Assembly (NCBI RefSeq): GCF_016432865.1 | Contig: NC_067398.1 | Coordinates: forward strand, 137,516,001-137,580,000 | Direction of reading: 5' to 3' | From: Antechinus flavipes | Taxonomy: Eukaryota | DNA length: 64,000 bases | Shown: in pieces, positions 25,451-39,105 of the stretch | How the letters are laid out: each line of letters begins with the position of its first letter | Position numbering within the stretch: position 1 is the stretch's first letter | The notes under the pieces: generated by a model | What the model was told of the DNA's origin: nothing | The model's database searches: none | The model's input: only the letters and a program-made list of their open reading frames with translations | Program-made: the position numbers and the translations under genes

Positions 25451-28308
25451 GGGTAGATGAATTGTAGTTGTTGGCCTAGCTGCAACATAGTTCATAGCTA
25501 CTTCTAGGTGGAATAGAGAGTTGAGATTGCTGCTGGACCTACAGTCAGTTCTTCTGAAAATATGCTCTGCCCCTCTCCTACCCATATAGCTAAAATCTAC
25601 TTTCTATTAACAGACTTCCCCCAACAACCTATCCTAAAAGGGACAACTTGACCACATGTGTTTTGTTTCATTTCCAATGTGATTGCTTAACTACAAAGTT
25701 AGCCAGTTGTTCTTCTATTCTCTGCCTGATCTTTTTATAAAGCTCCTTTAGTCTAGATGTACATGAGCCTAATGCATTTTAGAAATGTACATATTTCAAG
25801 CAATTGATCTAAGCAATCCCTAATACTATTTACTTTCCTTAAAGAATTCTCTGGAAAAGGTTGGGATTCCAACTTTCTTCCCTCCCCTTAAGAAGTGTTC
25901 CTGCATTGCTTTCAATTCTAGAAGACCTCTGGGTTCATATGCTGCCTCACATTATCTCACATAACAGAGTTTAAACAAAATCCATAAGCACAAAGTGGAG
26001 ATGGTGCTTCATCCTTCAGATCAAAACTAGTGAAGTCATTATTATATGGGATATTTTACCTTTGTTAACGTATTCACCAGAGGAAAATTTGATGTTTTGA
26101 GAGAAATGATCATTGAAATCAACATCTGTGCCATACACTACAAGGCAGAATTCTGCCCAAAATTTGCTCTTAGGATGAGAATTTACATATCAGATGTCCC
26201 AATAAGGAAAAATTAGAGACATTCCCCTTCAGTGAGTGGGTTTATAATGGAACATTGACAAGGCCTCCAGACTGAAGAATGCAGCTGCCAATTTAGCAAA
26301 CCAGAATCTGAGTCACTGTTAACAACCAATTAGGATCAGAATGATTCAGAGGGATAATGGGAAATAGACTTGTTTGTATCTTCATTCATTCTTATATATT
26401 TGATTCACAAGAAAAATAAAGACAAAATCACCATAAGTTTATTTTATTTGGAAGTCATATTGTCTTTCTGTGCTTGAAGGAATATAGCAAAGGGAAATTA
26501 TCAATTCTAAAAGAGCGACCACGTTCATTTTCACAATTTAAATATACCTTGTTTTATCTGGCAGCAAATTTCAGATAATAGTAGCAATGTGGTTTTTCAA
26601 CAATTTTGGTTCTTGATTATTATGTTTTCAATATTTTCTGTTTGCACAAAACAAACACACAGACTTACAAAATCATGAATAGTTCTGGCAAGAAAGCAGT
26701 TTATTGGTAAATGGGTCAAAAGTAATCACTGCTTTGCCAACCAGAAACCATCTACCAAAGTTCCTAGCTTAAAATTCAGGAGAAGACCCTGGAAAGATGT
26801 CCACCAAAGGACTATTTCAGGGGCAAGTTTATCTCTGGCAAATACTGGAGAATTTTAGCAGAACTTGATATTAGTGTAAAAAATGTCTACTTACTTTACA
26901 ACACAATTCCAAACATATGAAAAATTTGCCCTTTTTACATTCTGTCTTAGACTCCAAACATAAGAATGGATTCAAGCTGCCAGCTTGGAAAAAAATACAT
27001 TTTCATTCATCTTCTGGATGACACTTTTAAAGCATATCTTACAAAGAACATTGGAACCAATGATACCTACAGTGTTATGTTTCCTCTTCTATATTTGCCT
27101 TTTTCCTGTCTTCTTCATTCTTATATTTTCTGTGTATTCCTTTATCTTCTTGTCTCTCTTCCTTTTCTTCTGTACTGATTGCTTCCTTCTCTCTCTGCTT
27201 CTGCTTCTAAACATATGGGCCACAGCACACCTACCTCCTCCAAACTGTATATACTCATATTTTATATACATACAAATATCTCTTTTGCCTTTGGCTCATG
27301 TGACTAGCCTGCTCTTTGAAATAGAACACTTGATAAAGAAGTCCAGATATATTACTACCTATATCCAACAAATGTGATGATTGGCACAGTCAGAAATGTT
27401 GAAACCCAAGAAATAAACAGAAGTGAAGTTTTGAATGACTTGGAAGGCTGATCATTTTATAGAGATTTATTTAATGCCAAATACTTTCAGATTACTGTTC
27501 TTGGTACTGTGGAGGAGATAAAGAAATAAAACATTAGTCCCTGCCCATGAAAAAATAAATGAAAGGCAATATATACTAAGGACCTTGTGTTTTTGTACCC
27601 TTTCGTGGAACAGACTCTACTTTGGAGAATGCTTTTCTAGAATTTTTGGGTTTCAGACTTAGACATCAAAAATTAGATAGAATTTGGGTAGTTGTGTGGG
27701 TACAGCCTTTAAAATAATTACAAATTGATTACAGTATGCCTCTTTATAGAAAAGATTGGTTTTAGTTATTATCTCCAGATACAAAATTCTATGAACATTG
27801 GTTTATATTTATGTAAAATTTTTCAATTTAAGAATTATTTTTCCCATAACCACAATATGTGGATATTGTTTTATAGAGGAAGATCCTAAAATCTTAGGGA
27901 GATTAAGTGATTTTCACCCAACCACATAGCTAGGACTCATTTATTCAAGCCAGGATTCAAACTTAAGTAGACTATCTCTGAGTCAAATACTCTTTTTTTT
28001 TTAATAGTTTCTTAAGAATATTAGACTATGATGAGATGAAGAGGACAGGTGAGTCAGAAATAAATTCTATCTTATCTTTAAAAAATCTGAGACGTTCTCA
28101 GGAATCCTGGTTTGCCAAGTTAAAAACATGATGTTCTTCAATTTTGATGATGTCCCATAAGGCTCAAAGCATATCTCTTCTGTCGGAGTTTTATTTACTA
28201 TTTCATCATTATTTAAAGACTTTAACATCCTTCCTCTTCTCACCTTTCCTACTAATGACCATTTGAAAAGGACCACATTTGCCATGCTCATTGATCCAGA
28301 GTTCTCAT

Positions 28309-28552
28309 TTGTTTATGTTTACTCATGTCTGGCTCTTCATGAATCCATTTGGAGTTTTCTTGACAAAGATACTGGAGTAGTTTGTCATTTCTTTCTCTAG
28401 TTCATTTTGCAGATGAAGAAACTGAGGCAAGCAGGGTTAATTGACTTGTCCAAGATCACACAACTAGATAGGGTCTGAGGTCAAGTCTGAACTCAGGTCT
28501 TCCTAACTTCAGACCTGGTACTCCATCCACTGTGCCACCTACCCAGCTACCC
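28309..28552 (-). mobile_element. Mar1-type SINE
   Basis: TTTTCTTGACAAAGATACTGGAGTAGTTTGTCATTTC..GATGAAGAAACTGAGGCAAGCAGGGTTAA..CCACTGTGCCACC. Confidence 0.92.
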
Positions 28553-28659
28553 AAAGAACTCATTGCCAGGCATAAACCCCAAGGAGGTCAAAGACAAAAA
28601 AATTCCCAGGTATTCCTCATAGCCTAAACCTGGAAAGTTGATGCCTATCAACCAAGTGA

Positions 28660-29160
28660 TGACTAGACAAATTATAGTATATGATGTTGTTCTGTATAAT
28701 AATAATAATAGTTATATAGCTATCATATCATAAAAATGACAAGAAGGTGGGAAATTCAGAAAAATTGGAAGTACATATGAAGTGATACAGAGTGAAATAA
28801 GAAAAAACAAGAAAATATTATACACATCAACTGTGGAATTGCAAATGGAAGAGAAAAAAAAACACAATTAAATTGAACATTATGTAACTCTAATGACGAA
28901 GGTTGGCCCCAGAGGAGAGTTAAGAAGAGTAAAGATAAAACGTCTTACCTAATTTTGCAGAGGTTGAGGTAGGGGAAAAAGGAGATTATGAGTTCACAAT
29001 TTTGCTTATATTTTCAGACCTAGCTGATATGCTATTTATTTTTGTTGAACTATTTATTATTCCTCTTTCTTTTTTGTTTCTTTGTTATGAGTGGTTTTTT
29101 TTTTTAACAAGTAGAGAATAGAAAAGAATATATTAAGAAATGGAAACTATATGCAAATAG
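28660..29160 (+). mobile_element. Old L1 3' end
   Basis: ATATGAAGTGATACAGAGTGAAATAAG..ATTATACACATC followed by 3' UTR-like sequence. Confidence 0.7.
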
Positions 29161-29169
29161 TAGCAATAT

Positions 29170-32100
29170 TTTTTGCTCAATAGCATTTTTATTTTTCCAA
29201 AAACATATAGTTTCCAATATTCATTTTTGTAACATTTTGTGTTCCAAATGTTTCTTTCTCCCTCACTCACCCCCTCCCACCTCAAGATAGCAAGCCATCT
29301 GATTAGGTTAACCTTTTATACATATTTCTATATTATGTTGTGCAAGAAAAATCAGATCAAAAGGGGGGAAAAGCATGAGAAAGAAAAAGCAAACAAACAA
29401 AAAAAGTGAAAATACTATACTTTGATCCACATTCAGTCTCCATTGTTCTCTCTCTAGATGCAGATGGCATTTTCCAATTTAAGTCTATTGGAATTGTCTT
29501 GAATCATCACATTGCTGAGAAGAGCCAAGTCCAAGTTGATCATCATATATATTTTTTTAATTTTCTCTTTATTTAAAAAAATCAGAATAGAAAAAAGAAA
29601 GACATAAAAGAAAAACAAAACCAAACATTATTGTCATTTCCCCAATAGAGCATCAGAGAGGTTTCAAAATACATAACCCAAATTTTCAATTCAAGAAAGA
29701 ATATATAATAGTAGAAGAAATTATATCAAGAGTGTTCATCTTCTCCCTTGTAGATCGTTCTTTTGTTCTCTGTTGTGCACTTTTTTTACTCTATTCTTTT
29801 TTTCCCTTTCATCTCCCCCACTTTCCCCAAGCAAGCTAGAATTAAGCACAAATATATTTATATGTACATTATATCTACATGTCTCAGTCTACACACACAA
29901 ATATATACATATGCATATATCTATATACACACAAACATAGAACAATATGCATGTATATCTACATATACTCCAACACAAAAACATATATACTTTTTCATAT
30001 ATATGTGTGTGTGTGTGTATAAATAATTTACCCAAATTTATTTACCCATATGTAAATATGCATTTAAAACAATTTTAATATGGTTGATATATAATGTAGA
30101 TTACCCTCTTGATTGAATCTTTAAGTATGACTTTGTCTAAGATTAATGATTACCAATCTTTTTTTTTCTAATTAATTCTACTCCTGATCATTGTTGTAGT
30201 ATTTGTATATATCTCTTCTTTTGTATCCCTGATAACTCTTCTACTTTAATTTTGCTCCATAATTTGCCTTGTTATTACTTAACTTCCCCCCAACCATGGA
30301 TCCCTCCCTCATCTTCTTCCCACACTCTTTGCTTCCCATTCCACCCATCCCTCCCGCCTTATTTCTTTTATAGATTTTGGAGGGTGCTATATCCTTCATG
30401 GTATATATGTAGTGTGACCTCTTTAACCCATTCCCAATGTGAGTAGGTTTTCAAAATTACAAGCATTCCTTCCTCCCCCTAAAGCCTCTGTGTCTGTTCT
30501 TCCTCTGCCCTCATTTGTATAGCATAATTATGATTTTTACCTTTTCTTAGGTGGTTTTGTTTTTTAGAACCATATCATACTCAACTCTGCCCCAATATTT
30601 CTTTTGAACTACCCAATTGCTGATGACAATATTAAACATATATGCTATACATTTCTATGTAAAAAAATTCAAACAATTTGTCCATATTAAGTTTTTTGAA
30701 ATTAATTCTTGATATTGGTTTGTATATGTTAAATTTTCTATTGAGTTTGTCTTTGGATGAAAGAAAGTGCTGAAAATCTGCAAGTTCATTTAATGTTCTT
30801 TTTCTTTGTTGTTCAATATTATGGATAAATTTGTAGGCCTAGTTCTTTTGATTGCTGATATATATATATGATTCCAGGACTTGTGATCTTTTATTGTGGC
30901 TGCTAATAAGTCCTGGACAATTCTAATCATAGCTGCAGCATATTTGACTTGTTTTTTCTTGTTTCTTGCAAAATTTTCTCTTTGATATAGGGTTTTTGAA
31001 ATTTTGCAATAATATTCCTATATGTTTTCCACAAAGGATCTCTCCAAGGTGGTGATTGGTGGATTTTTTTCTATCTCTACTTTCTCCTTATGTTCTATTA
31101 CTCCAGGACAATTTTCTTGGATTATTTCTTATATTATTGTATCAAGTTTCATTTTTGGTTATAGCTTTCCTGCTATAATAGTTCCACTATTTTTATATTT
31201 TCTCTTCTTGATTTATTCTATAGATCTGTTGTCATTCTTATAACATGTTTCACATTCTGTTCTTTTTTAATTCTTTATATTCTGTTTTGTTATTTTTTGT
31301 TTTCTTATAGCTTCACTGGTTTCCCTTTGTCCATTTCTAATTTTCAAAAAATTATTTTCATCTTTAAGACTCTGTATCTCTTTTCAAATTAGTAACTTTT
31401 TTATAACTTTTTTTCTTGTATGGTTTTTGGTTTTTCCTCAGTGTCTTTTTTGACTTTTTTTTCTATAAATTTTGTCTGGGCAGAGAGCCATATAACATTA
31501 CTATTTGGAGTTAAAGAAGCTTTTTTTTACTTCAGTGTCCTGCTCTGAAGATGGACCCTGGACTTCCCAATTTCTATTAAGTTGCAATGGTGGGGTTCTT
31601 TCTTTGCTGGTTCTTTTTTTAATGAAAAGTATTTGAGTAAGCACCTCTAATCCTGGGGTGGGGAGGAATGGTGCCTCTGTCTTCACTTCAGCTCTCCCCT
31701 CTGACCTGGAACCCCAAACCAAAAGTTCTATTCTCCTGCAAGTGCAACAGGCAGCAGTACCCCTGCCCAACTGATTCTGCACTGTTCCTAATCAGCTGAG
31801 GCTCATTTAGTCTTACCAGACTCAGATCCCCAACTCCCTATATAGTCTAGGAGTCTGTGGCTCCTACTGAGGCTCTAGCCAAACCTAGCTGACCCCAGGG
31901 GTCCCCACATCGTATTTCTGTGGAGTTAGCTTGGAGGTGTTTGTACTTCACATGAGTTATTCCCCCTCCTAAGATCTTACTTCTTGGATTGTCCCAAGAG
32001 GACCCAAGTTCTGCCAAAGTCTTATTGATTTTTCACCAGCCTTTGCTTGTCCTGAAGTGCAAATTTGTTCTGTTTGTGGGGAAAATCTAGAAACTTGAAA

Positions 32101-32500
32101 TTTCCTGACCTATTCTGCCATCTTCCCAGAATCCTCCTTTAAATCATCATATAATCTTGCTATTAATGGATTCAATGTTCTCTTGATTCTGCTTATTTCA
32201 CTCAGCATTAGTTCATGAAAGTATTTCTAGGCTTTCCTGAAATCAGCCTGCTCATCATTTCTTATAGAACAATAATATTACATTAATATACTATTGCTTA
32301 TTCAGCCATGCCCCAAATTATGGACATTGACTCAATTTCTAGTCCCTTGACATTACAAAGAAGCTGCTACAAATATTTTTTGTGCATTTGGGTCCTTTTC
32401 CTTTTTTTATGATATCTTTGGGATACAGACCCAGTAGATTTTCTGGATCAAAGGGTAAGCACAGTTTTATTTTGGACATAGTTCCAAAAGTGTTATTTTT
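29170..32500 (-). mobile_element. Host L1 3' region (29170-29549 and 32143-32500) interrupted by a nested HAL1-like element
   Basis: The L1 antisense sequence reads through across the insert: GAGCCAAGTCCAAGTTG-ATCATCATATA-ATCTTGCTATT...GGATACAGACCCAGTAG. Confidence 0.88.
29550..32142 (-). mobile_element. Full-length HAL1-like (ORF1-only) non-autonomous LINE, ~2.6 kb, with an 11-bp TSD
   Basis: 5' end GGAGGATTCTGGGAAGATGGCAGAATAGG. Decayed L1-type ORF1 at ~31630-30700 (DL.N.SRRENIKI, IIQENCP, EIEKIH.SPP, RNIIAKF). No ORF2. A-rich 3' tail. ATCATCATATA occurs at 29539-29549 and 32143-32153. Confidence 0.88.
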
Positions 32501-32639
32501 TTTAAAAATTGGATGTATTTGGACAGAAAAAGATACAAACGGCTTCTACCAGGGTAAAGCTTAATGAGGGTAAAGAATGAGAATATGTAGCCAAGAGCCA
32601 TCATGATATATGAGGAGAAAGTATAAGATAGTACAGCAT

Positions 32640-33085
32640 ATATTGTTGATATTTTGTCCTTCATTTTCAAAGAAGACCAATGACATCATGGGTAATGTCT
32701 GATGATGGCCTAGGACACAGTGGTACCTTCAATGTCTAACCAAGTTCTAACACTTCACAGCACCTACGTCAACCACTTTTACAGAGGTTGGAACAAATTG
32801 TTCTCAGCCACTCATTCCACTGGGGTAATATTCACATGCTCGGGATAGCTATCTCCTCCAATTTACCAACTAATTTGAGGCCTATTGATTACTTTCAATC
32901 TGGTTTAGCCTGTCTGCCAAAATGGTTTCCCATAGTGTGACTGCTGCTTGTGCTACAGCTTCTTGGAGCTACAGATGAGAGTTGAATGCCAAGTAGACAT
33001 CCATGGTGAATGAGCAACCCTGGAAATTTCTTGGCAAGACCTCACCTCACTTCAAAAGTGTTAGTGCTCCTTGAACACCACACAT
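32640..33085 (-). mobile_element. WALLSI4-like RTE-related SINE
   Basis: TTGTCCTTCATTTTCAAAGAAGACCAATGACATCATGGG...GTTGGAACAAATTGTTCTC...GCTACAGCTTCTTGGAGC. A paralog lies at 59875-60160. Confidence 0.7.
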
Positions 33086-35319
33086 ACTTCACATAGAGCA
33101 AATATTTGAAACCATAAACTACAGATCCATGAAGAAAATGGGCAGGGTATATGTGAATTCTTGAAGAATTCTGTTGCATGAGCCATATGTCCATACTAGA
33201 AGCAGGTTTTGCTGGTGCTTCACTGTTTCTGCCCTGGGAATTGTACCCCCATCATTTTGGAAATCTTATCACTAGAGTGATACCAGAATAAGAATTTTGT
33301 AGTTGTCTTCAAATAAATTGCTTTCCCTTGCAATGATTTGATTATTGAATTATTTCACCTCTAAAGTTTCTAACAGCTTTTTGTCAAGTCTAATCTCTCC
33401 CTGTGTATTTTAGTAAGATCTTCCAGCCTAGGATCCTTTCATATGAAGGTTTCATTGTGATAATTACCCACCTGTACTCCTTGAGGAGAACATAGCAAAA
33501 TTCACTCATCATCATATTTATCCCTATCCTGACTTCATTCACGAATTTGAACAAAATACTTAATCTCCTTAGACTTCAGTTTCTTCAAATAAAATGAGAG
33601 AGTTGAACCAGATACTTTCTAATGTCCCTTCCTAGATGTATGATCCTAAGAACTTTATGTTCCATTGTGTTAGGAGCTATCCTATTACACGCCAGTCTGC
33701 CAAATGGTTCTGTTTAAAAACTAGAAAGAGATAAACCTAAACTGAGCTGCTGCCTGGTCATATATACCAGGGTCAGTTTTCAAGAACAGGAATTAGCAAA
33801 GATCAAATTAAACATATGTCATAGTAAGCAACAGGCATAGAGTTTGGTCAAAAGAGATAATATGATAAAATGAAATAATTTTTTTAAGTACTGAGTATAG
33901 TACCTGACAAATGGTAGGTGCTACATTACTGTTGCTGTTGTTATTACAGGTCAAGCAGAAATTGGAATGGTCTATAGAAATTAATTATGATAAGGCAGTA
34001 CACAGAAGTATGAGCATGTGATTGTTATCTGGTATAGTCTAAAGGTCAAATTTCAATGCAGGTAATGACAACCATTTACACATAAATGAAGAGACCTTGA
34101 ATTTACTGGAATAGAGGAAGCTTCAGAGTGAATATGGTACCCTGGATAGCTCCTGGGAAGAGTTATGGCTCTGTAATCAAGGTAAAGATCTATTAAAAAT
34201 TTGAACTCTCAAAGACCTAAAACTACCCAGTTAATACTACACCCTTAGTAAACTCTGTGCTTGTTAAACTGTTCTCACTAATATAAGCCAGGTTTACTTG
34301 TGATAAGGCTGAAGAATCATCCTGCATGAGTATACTGGATCATCCATAGCACCATTGGTGTCTGGCACTTGAGGCAGAAAACCTGATCTCATTCTCCTCA
34401 TCAAATAATTTATTATCCTTTTGGAATCCTATTTCTCCTGGTACAGTCAGGGGCTGAGTACCTGCATCACTGCCATTCTCTGCTCTGGGAATGATTATAT
34501 AATGAATAGCATAAAGTCACAAACTTTTCTCCCTGCTTGGATTGATGGTGGGTGGGGAGAGGGAGTAAATACTCATCATGAAGTGATATGTGTGTGTATA
34601 TACATACATATATTTTTATATCTATCCATGTTCAAAAGCATAACTATTTATGTACATATATAGATGTGTATATGTATGTGCATAAGTGTTTATATCACAT
34701 ATATGTGTGTGTGTTTATAATTCTTCGTCCTTGTGTATTCTGGCAAAAGAAAATGAGAAAGCCCTCTTATTATTGTAGTTACTCCCTCTACCAATGCAAA
34801 TAATCACATTTCCACTTATTTCACAATTCCTTTTCCAGTAGTTCTCCATAAATCCCAAAAGATCTGCCCAATATACTAAACTTTGTTATGAAATGATAAA
34901 AATTTTTCCTTCCAGAAAACAATTGACACCTTTCCTTTTATTAATTCTCATTGTTTTTGAGTCAATAATTTGTTTAAAGTAATTGAGTTGCAACTACTGC
35001 AGTTATATACAAGTTTTTCTTCTTATCTCACTTGAATCTTTTTAGCTGATATTCATTCTGAACTTTTTTATTTCACCAGTTCATGATATGATTGTACATA
35101 AGGAGATGATCATGAAATGATATCTATAATCAATTATTTTTGTCTATTGACAAGTCAGCATCCTTTTAAAAAATGTTATCTTATGATTGTTCAGACCCTC
35201 TGGAAGAATATCAGAGATATAAAAGAACACAATAACCATCCAATCCAACTTATATCTGAAAAAAAAAACTAGCATACTCAAGAAGTGGAAAAACTGCATT
35301 TGACCTCAACTACACATTG

Positions 35320-36055
35320 AGGGGAAACCCACGCCTCCCAAGGCAGTCCATTCTGCTTTTGAATAGCTCTAATTATTAGGAAGTTTTTCCTTTTATCAAG
35401 CTGAAGTTTTCCTCTTTGGAAATTCCACCTATTGTTCCTGGTCCTACTTTGTATAGTCAAGCCAAGAAAGTCTAATCTTTCTTCCATATGACAGTTCTCC
35501 AAATATCCATTGACAACTATTGTCTTCTTCAAGTTCCCCAGTTTCACCAACTGATCCTCATCTGGCATAAATTTAAGGACCTTCACCATCCTGGTTTCTC
35601 TCTTTTGGATGCTCTCTAAATTATTAATTTTTAAAATATGGTACCCAGAACTGAACACAATACTCAAGGTGTGATTTGACCAAGAAAGAGTGGAACCATT
35701 GTCTTTATTCTAAAACAATAGATCTCTCCTAAAAAATCCTAAGATCACATCAGTTTTCTTGGCTACCATATATTTGGTTTATCCACTAAAATCTTCAAAT
35801 CATTTTCAAATAACTACTATATAGTCATACTTCCCCCAAACTGAATTTGTGAAGTTGATTCTTTGAATCCAAATATAAGATTTTACCTCCCCTATTGAAA
35901 TTGATTTTACTGGATTTAACAGTCCATTTTTCTAGTCAATTAAGATCTCCTTTAATTCTGACACTATCATCCAAAGTGTCAATCCTTCTCAGCTTTGAGT
36001 GTTTTAAGCATATCATTTATGCTTATCATCATTTATCCAAGACATTAATAAGAAC
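35320..36055 (-). mobile_element. L3/CR1 LINE, RT C-terminal part
   Basis: ORF 35278..35667 (NLESIQKRETRMVK, RTRNNRWNFQRGKLQLDKRKNFL, GLPWE) matches the CR1 ORF2 end. Confidence 0.9.
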
Positions 36056-36239
36056 TCTCTTTTTCTTTCTGTGTGCGTGTGTGTGTGTGTGCACGCACGC
36101 ACATGTAGGGCCTAGCATAGATCCCTAAGATTCTCCATGAAATCCCTTATCTTAAAACATGGACATGAGTCATACCTTATGAGAGGACATAAAAGACTTG
36201 TGATCTCTATTGGAAGAGTCTCTTCACCAAAGATCTATA

Positions 36240-36590
36240 GAAACTGAAGTAAGCAGAGCAAGAATACAATATATACAATTATTATATAGCAATATCAATG
36301 GAAATAAGAACCATACACAAAAATGAATTTTGCAAAATTACAAAGAATAAGCATGGCTTAAAAGAAGAAATCTGTTTTCAGAGATGACAAGTCCATAAGC
36401 ATAGTACATTGAAGAAATATTCAGATGTTTTCATTGTATTGGTTAGATAAGCAGACTTTTTCCTCTCCCACTTTTCTTCTCTTTTTGTTTTTTAAAATGG
36501 TATTTGTAATATATGCTGACTCTCTGGAAGGGAGAAGAAATTACAGCAATATTTTAAAAGACCATTGATAAGAACTTATTTTTAAGTATT
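36240..36590 (+). mobile_element. Old L1 3' end
   Basis: AACTGAAGTAAGCAGAGCAAGAATACAATATATAC followed by 3' UTR-like sequence. Confidence 0.65.
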
Positions 36591-36729
36591 CACAATATCT
36601 AGATATGAGAATTAAGAGTATAAATCTTCAGTTTCTTTTGTTCCTTTATCCAGAATTATGTTTTCTGACAAAGTTTTGGCAGCATTTAATTCCTAATATC
36701 AGTCCTAGAGAAAGAAGAGTAGTAAAATG

Positions 36730-38930
36730 GATGAAACTTCCCCTCTGACCATCTCATGTTCTTCTATTGTATGCTATACTTGTCTGTAGCTCCATCTCCA
36801 TCCTCTCAGGAAAGGAGTTTGCCTTCCATTCAATGATGAATATTCTCTTACCTGGTCATACTCTACCCATCCCATGCTCTATGCAGTGATTTTGAACCTC
36901 TGTAGGTCATCATTCCTATCCCATTTCCCAGCCCTATCATCTAATTCCTTATTGCCATCTCTTTCCACCCCAAAGTTCCAATGAAAAGCCACCCATCCCT
37001 TCCATTGTGCTCTCTAGAATGCTTGTTTTTTCTGCTAAAAACTTTTCCTCATCCAGAATATTTTTCTTCTATTTATTTCATATTCTATCTATTACTAAAA
37101 CCTGACTCCCTCTCTAATGACACACCTTCCTTGGTCACCCTTTCTAGTATTATCTATATCTTTAGATCATTCTCTTTGGTTCACTGGTCAGGGTGGAGAA
37201 ACTGGAATACTCATTGCTCCTTTTGACATTTCCAGGTTCTCCTCCATATCCCTCATTCAGTAATATCTCCTCTTTTGAGGTTCATCTAATCCTTTGAGGT
37301 CCACCAAAATCCTGATCTCTATTGTCTACAGACCTCCAAGTCATTCTGCTTCTTGTTCAGCAATGATTTTGGGACCCAACTCATATTTTTTTTCTCTTCT
37401 TTACAACTCCTGTCCTCATATTCAGAGACTTAAATATACATATTGACCCACCCTGACCACTTACTTTCTCGGGAAACATACTTCCTTTGACCTATTCCTC
37501 CACCCCACCTCATTCATACATAAAAATATATCACCTTTATGTCCAAGAATTTCAAAAATTTCCTTATACAATCATGATTCAGAGACTTCCTACCTCTCTC
37601 CCTGCCTTCTCTTACCAAGCCCTACTCTTCATCCACAATGTGACTTCTAATCCCTAAACATCTCAGTTCCCTCCCAGGCTCTTTCCTCTTTCCCCTATTT
37701 TGACCTCTTGATGAATCAATTTAACTCTACAGTATTCTTTTTACTTGCGTTCCTCACCGCTTTAACATATTGCTGATTTCACCCAGTCAAACCTCAACTT
37801 GGGATAATTCTCACCATTTGCTCCCTGAGTATCCTATACATATGCTGATGAATGAAAGTGAAGAAATTACAGAACTGTTCTGATTGGACCCATTACAAAT
37901 TTATATTATACAATTTCAACTGAACCCTCATGACTTCCTGATAATTTTGTTATACCTTCCTTATTAAATCACTGTCCCACTCTTTAAAGCAGCTCTTATT
38001 AACCTTTTCATTTGTTCCCTAACTCTCTTATAGTTCTATTTCCCCTACCCTTAGAGTTGAAAACCTTGTGTCATATTTTACAGTAAAACAAAATTGAGGC
38101 CATTTGCTGTTTGCTTTCTCCTCTTCCCATTTTACTATCTCATATCACTTAACTGCCTTCTGCTATTATATCCTCCTTCATACTTGTCTCATATAGAAGA
38201 TAGGCTTACTTCCCATTATATCACACAACCCCATTCCATCACATTTTCTTCAATAGATTGCTCCCTCTGTTGTCCCCATTCTATCATTTATTTACAATCT
38301 CTCTCTCTCTATTAGTACCTTGCCTACTATCTACAAGCATATCTCCCTCATCCTAAAAAAAAATCCCCCTTGATCCTTCCATTCTTATTAACTATTCTCC
38401 TATACCTCTTCCGCTTTTTTCAGGTAACCCTCTTGAAAAGACTACCTAGAATATATGCCTCTGACTTTCTCCCCTCTCATCCTCTTCTTAACCTCTTGAA
38501 TCTGGCTTCTTACCATATCGTTCCTTTGAAATTGCTGTCCCCAAAGTTATCAGTGATCTCTTACTTGCCAACTTCTATGTTTTTTTCTCAATTCTCATTC
38601 TCTTTGAGAATAGTCTTTCCCCAAGTTTTCACACACTATTTACTCCCTCTTTTCCTTGATACTCTCTTGTCTCTAGGTTTTGGGAGCACCACTCCTGGTT
38701 CTCTTCCTACTATCTGATCTTCCTCCTCTCCTCACTGGATTCTCTTCCAGATCATGCCCTCTAACCAGAAGGTCCCATAGAAATCTGTTGTAGGTCCTCT
38801 TCTCTTTTCCCTCTATCCTGTTTCACTTAATGATTTCATCACTTTCTCTGGATTTAATTATCATCTCTATGCTGATGATTTTCAAATCTACCTATCCAAC
38901 ACTAACCTCTCTGCTGACTTCCCATAAGTA
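36730..38930 (+). mobile_element. Long (~2.2 kb) L2 LINE ORF2 remnant, endonuclease to RT
   Basis: C/T-rich, with decayed motifs in the correct order: G.GG.GIL (~37190), VYRPP (~37325), GDFNIHID-like (~37425) and YHLYADD at ~38859-38880. Confidence 0.88.
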
Positions 38931-39105
38931 GGAGCACTTACCTTCTCAGATGGTTCATTTCAATTTGGGATCCTCTTAATAGTTATAGGCAGCTTTTCCC
39001 TAAATTAAGTCTGAATTACTCTCTGTAACATTTATGCTATTGTTCTTAGTTCTGAGGTCAGTATACATTACTGATCCCTAGCCCTATTCTACCATTTCAA
39101 GGGAT

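Noticed and set aside
26966-27377. Hydrophobic ORFs of 70 and 130 aa
   Set aside because: They arise from CT-rich low-complexity sequence that encodes F, L and S by composition.
29763-30026. Tyr/Ile/His-rich ORFs here and at 34421-34803 and 42597-42779
   Set aside because: They are translations of TA/CA-rich simple repeats.
36981-38717. Several Leu/Ser/Phe-rich ORFs
   Set aside because: They are off-frame readings of the pyrimidine-rich L2 remnant.
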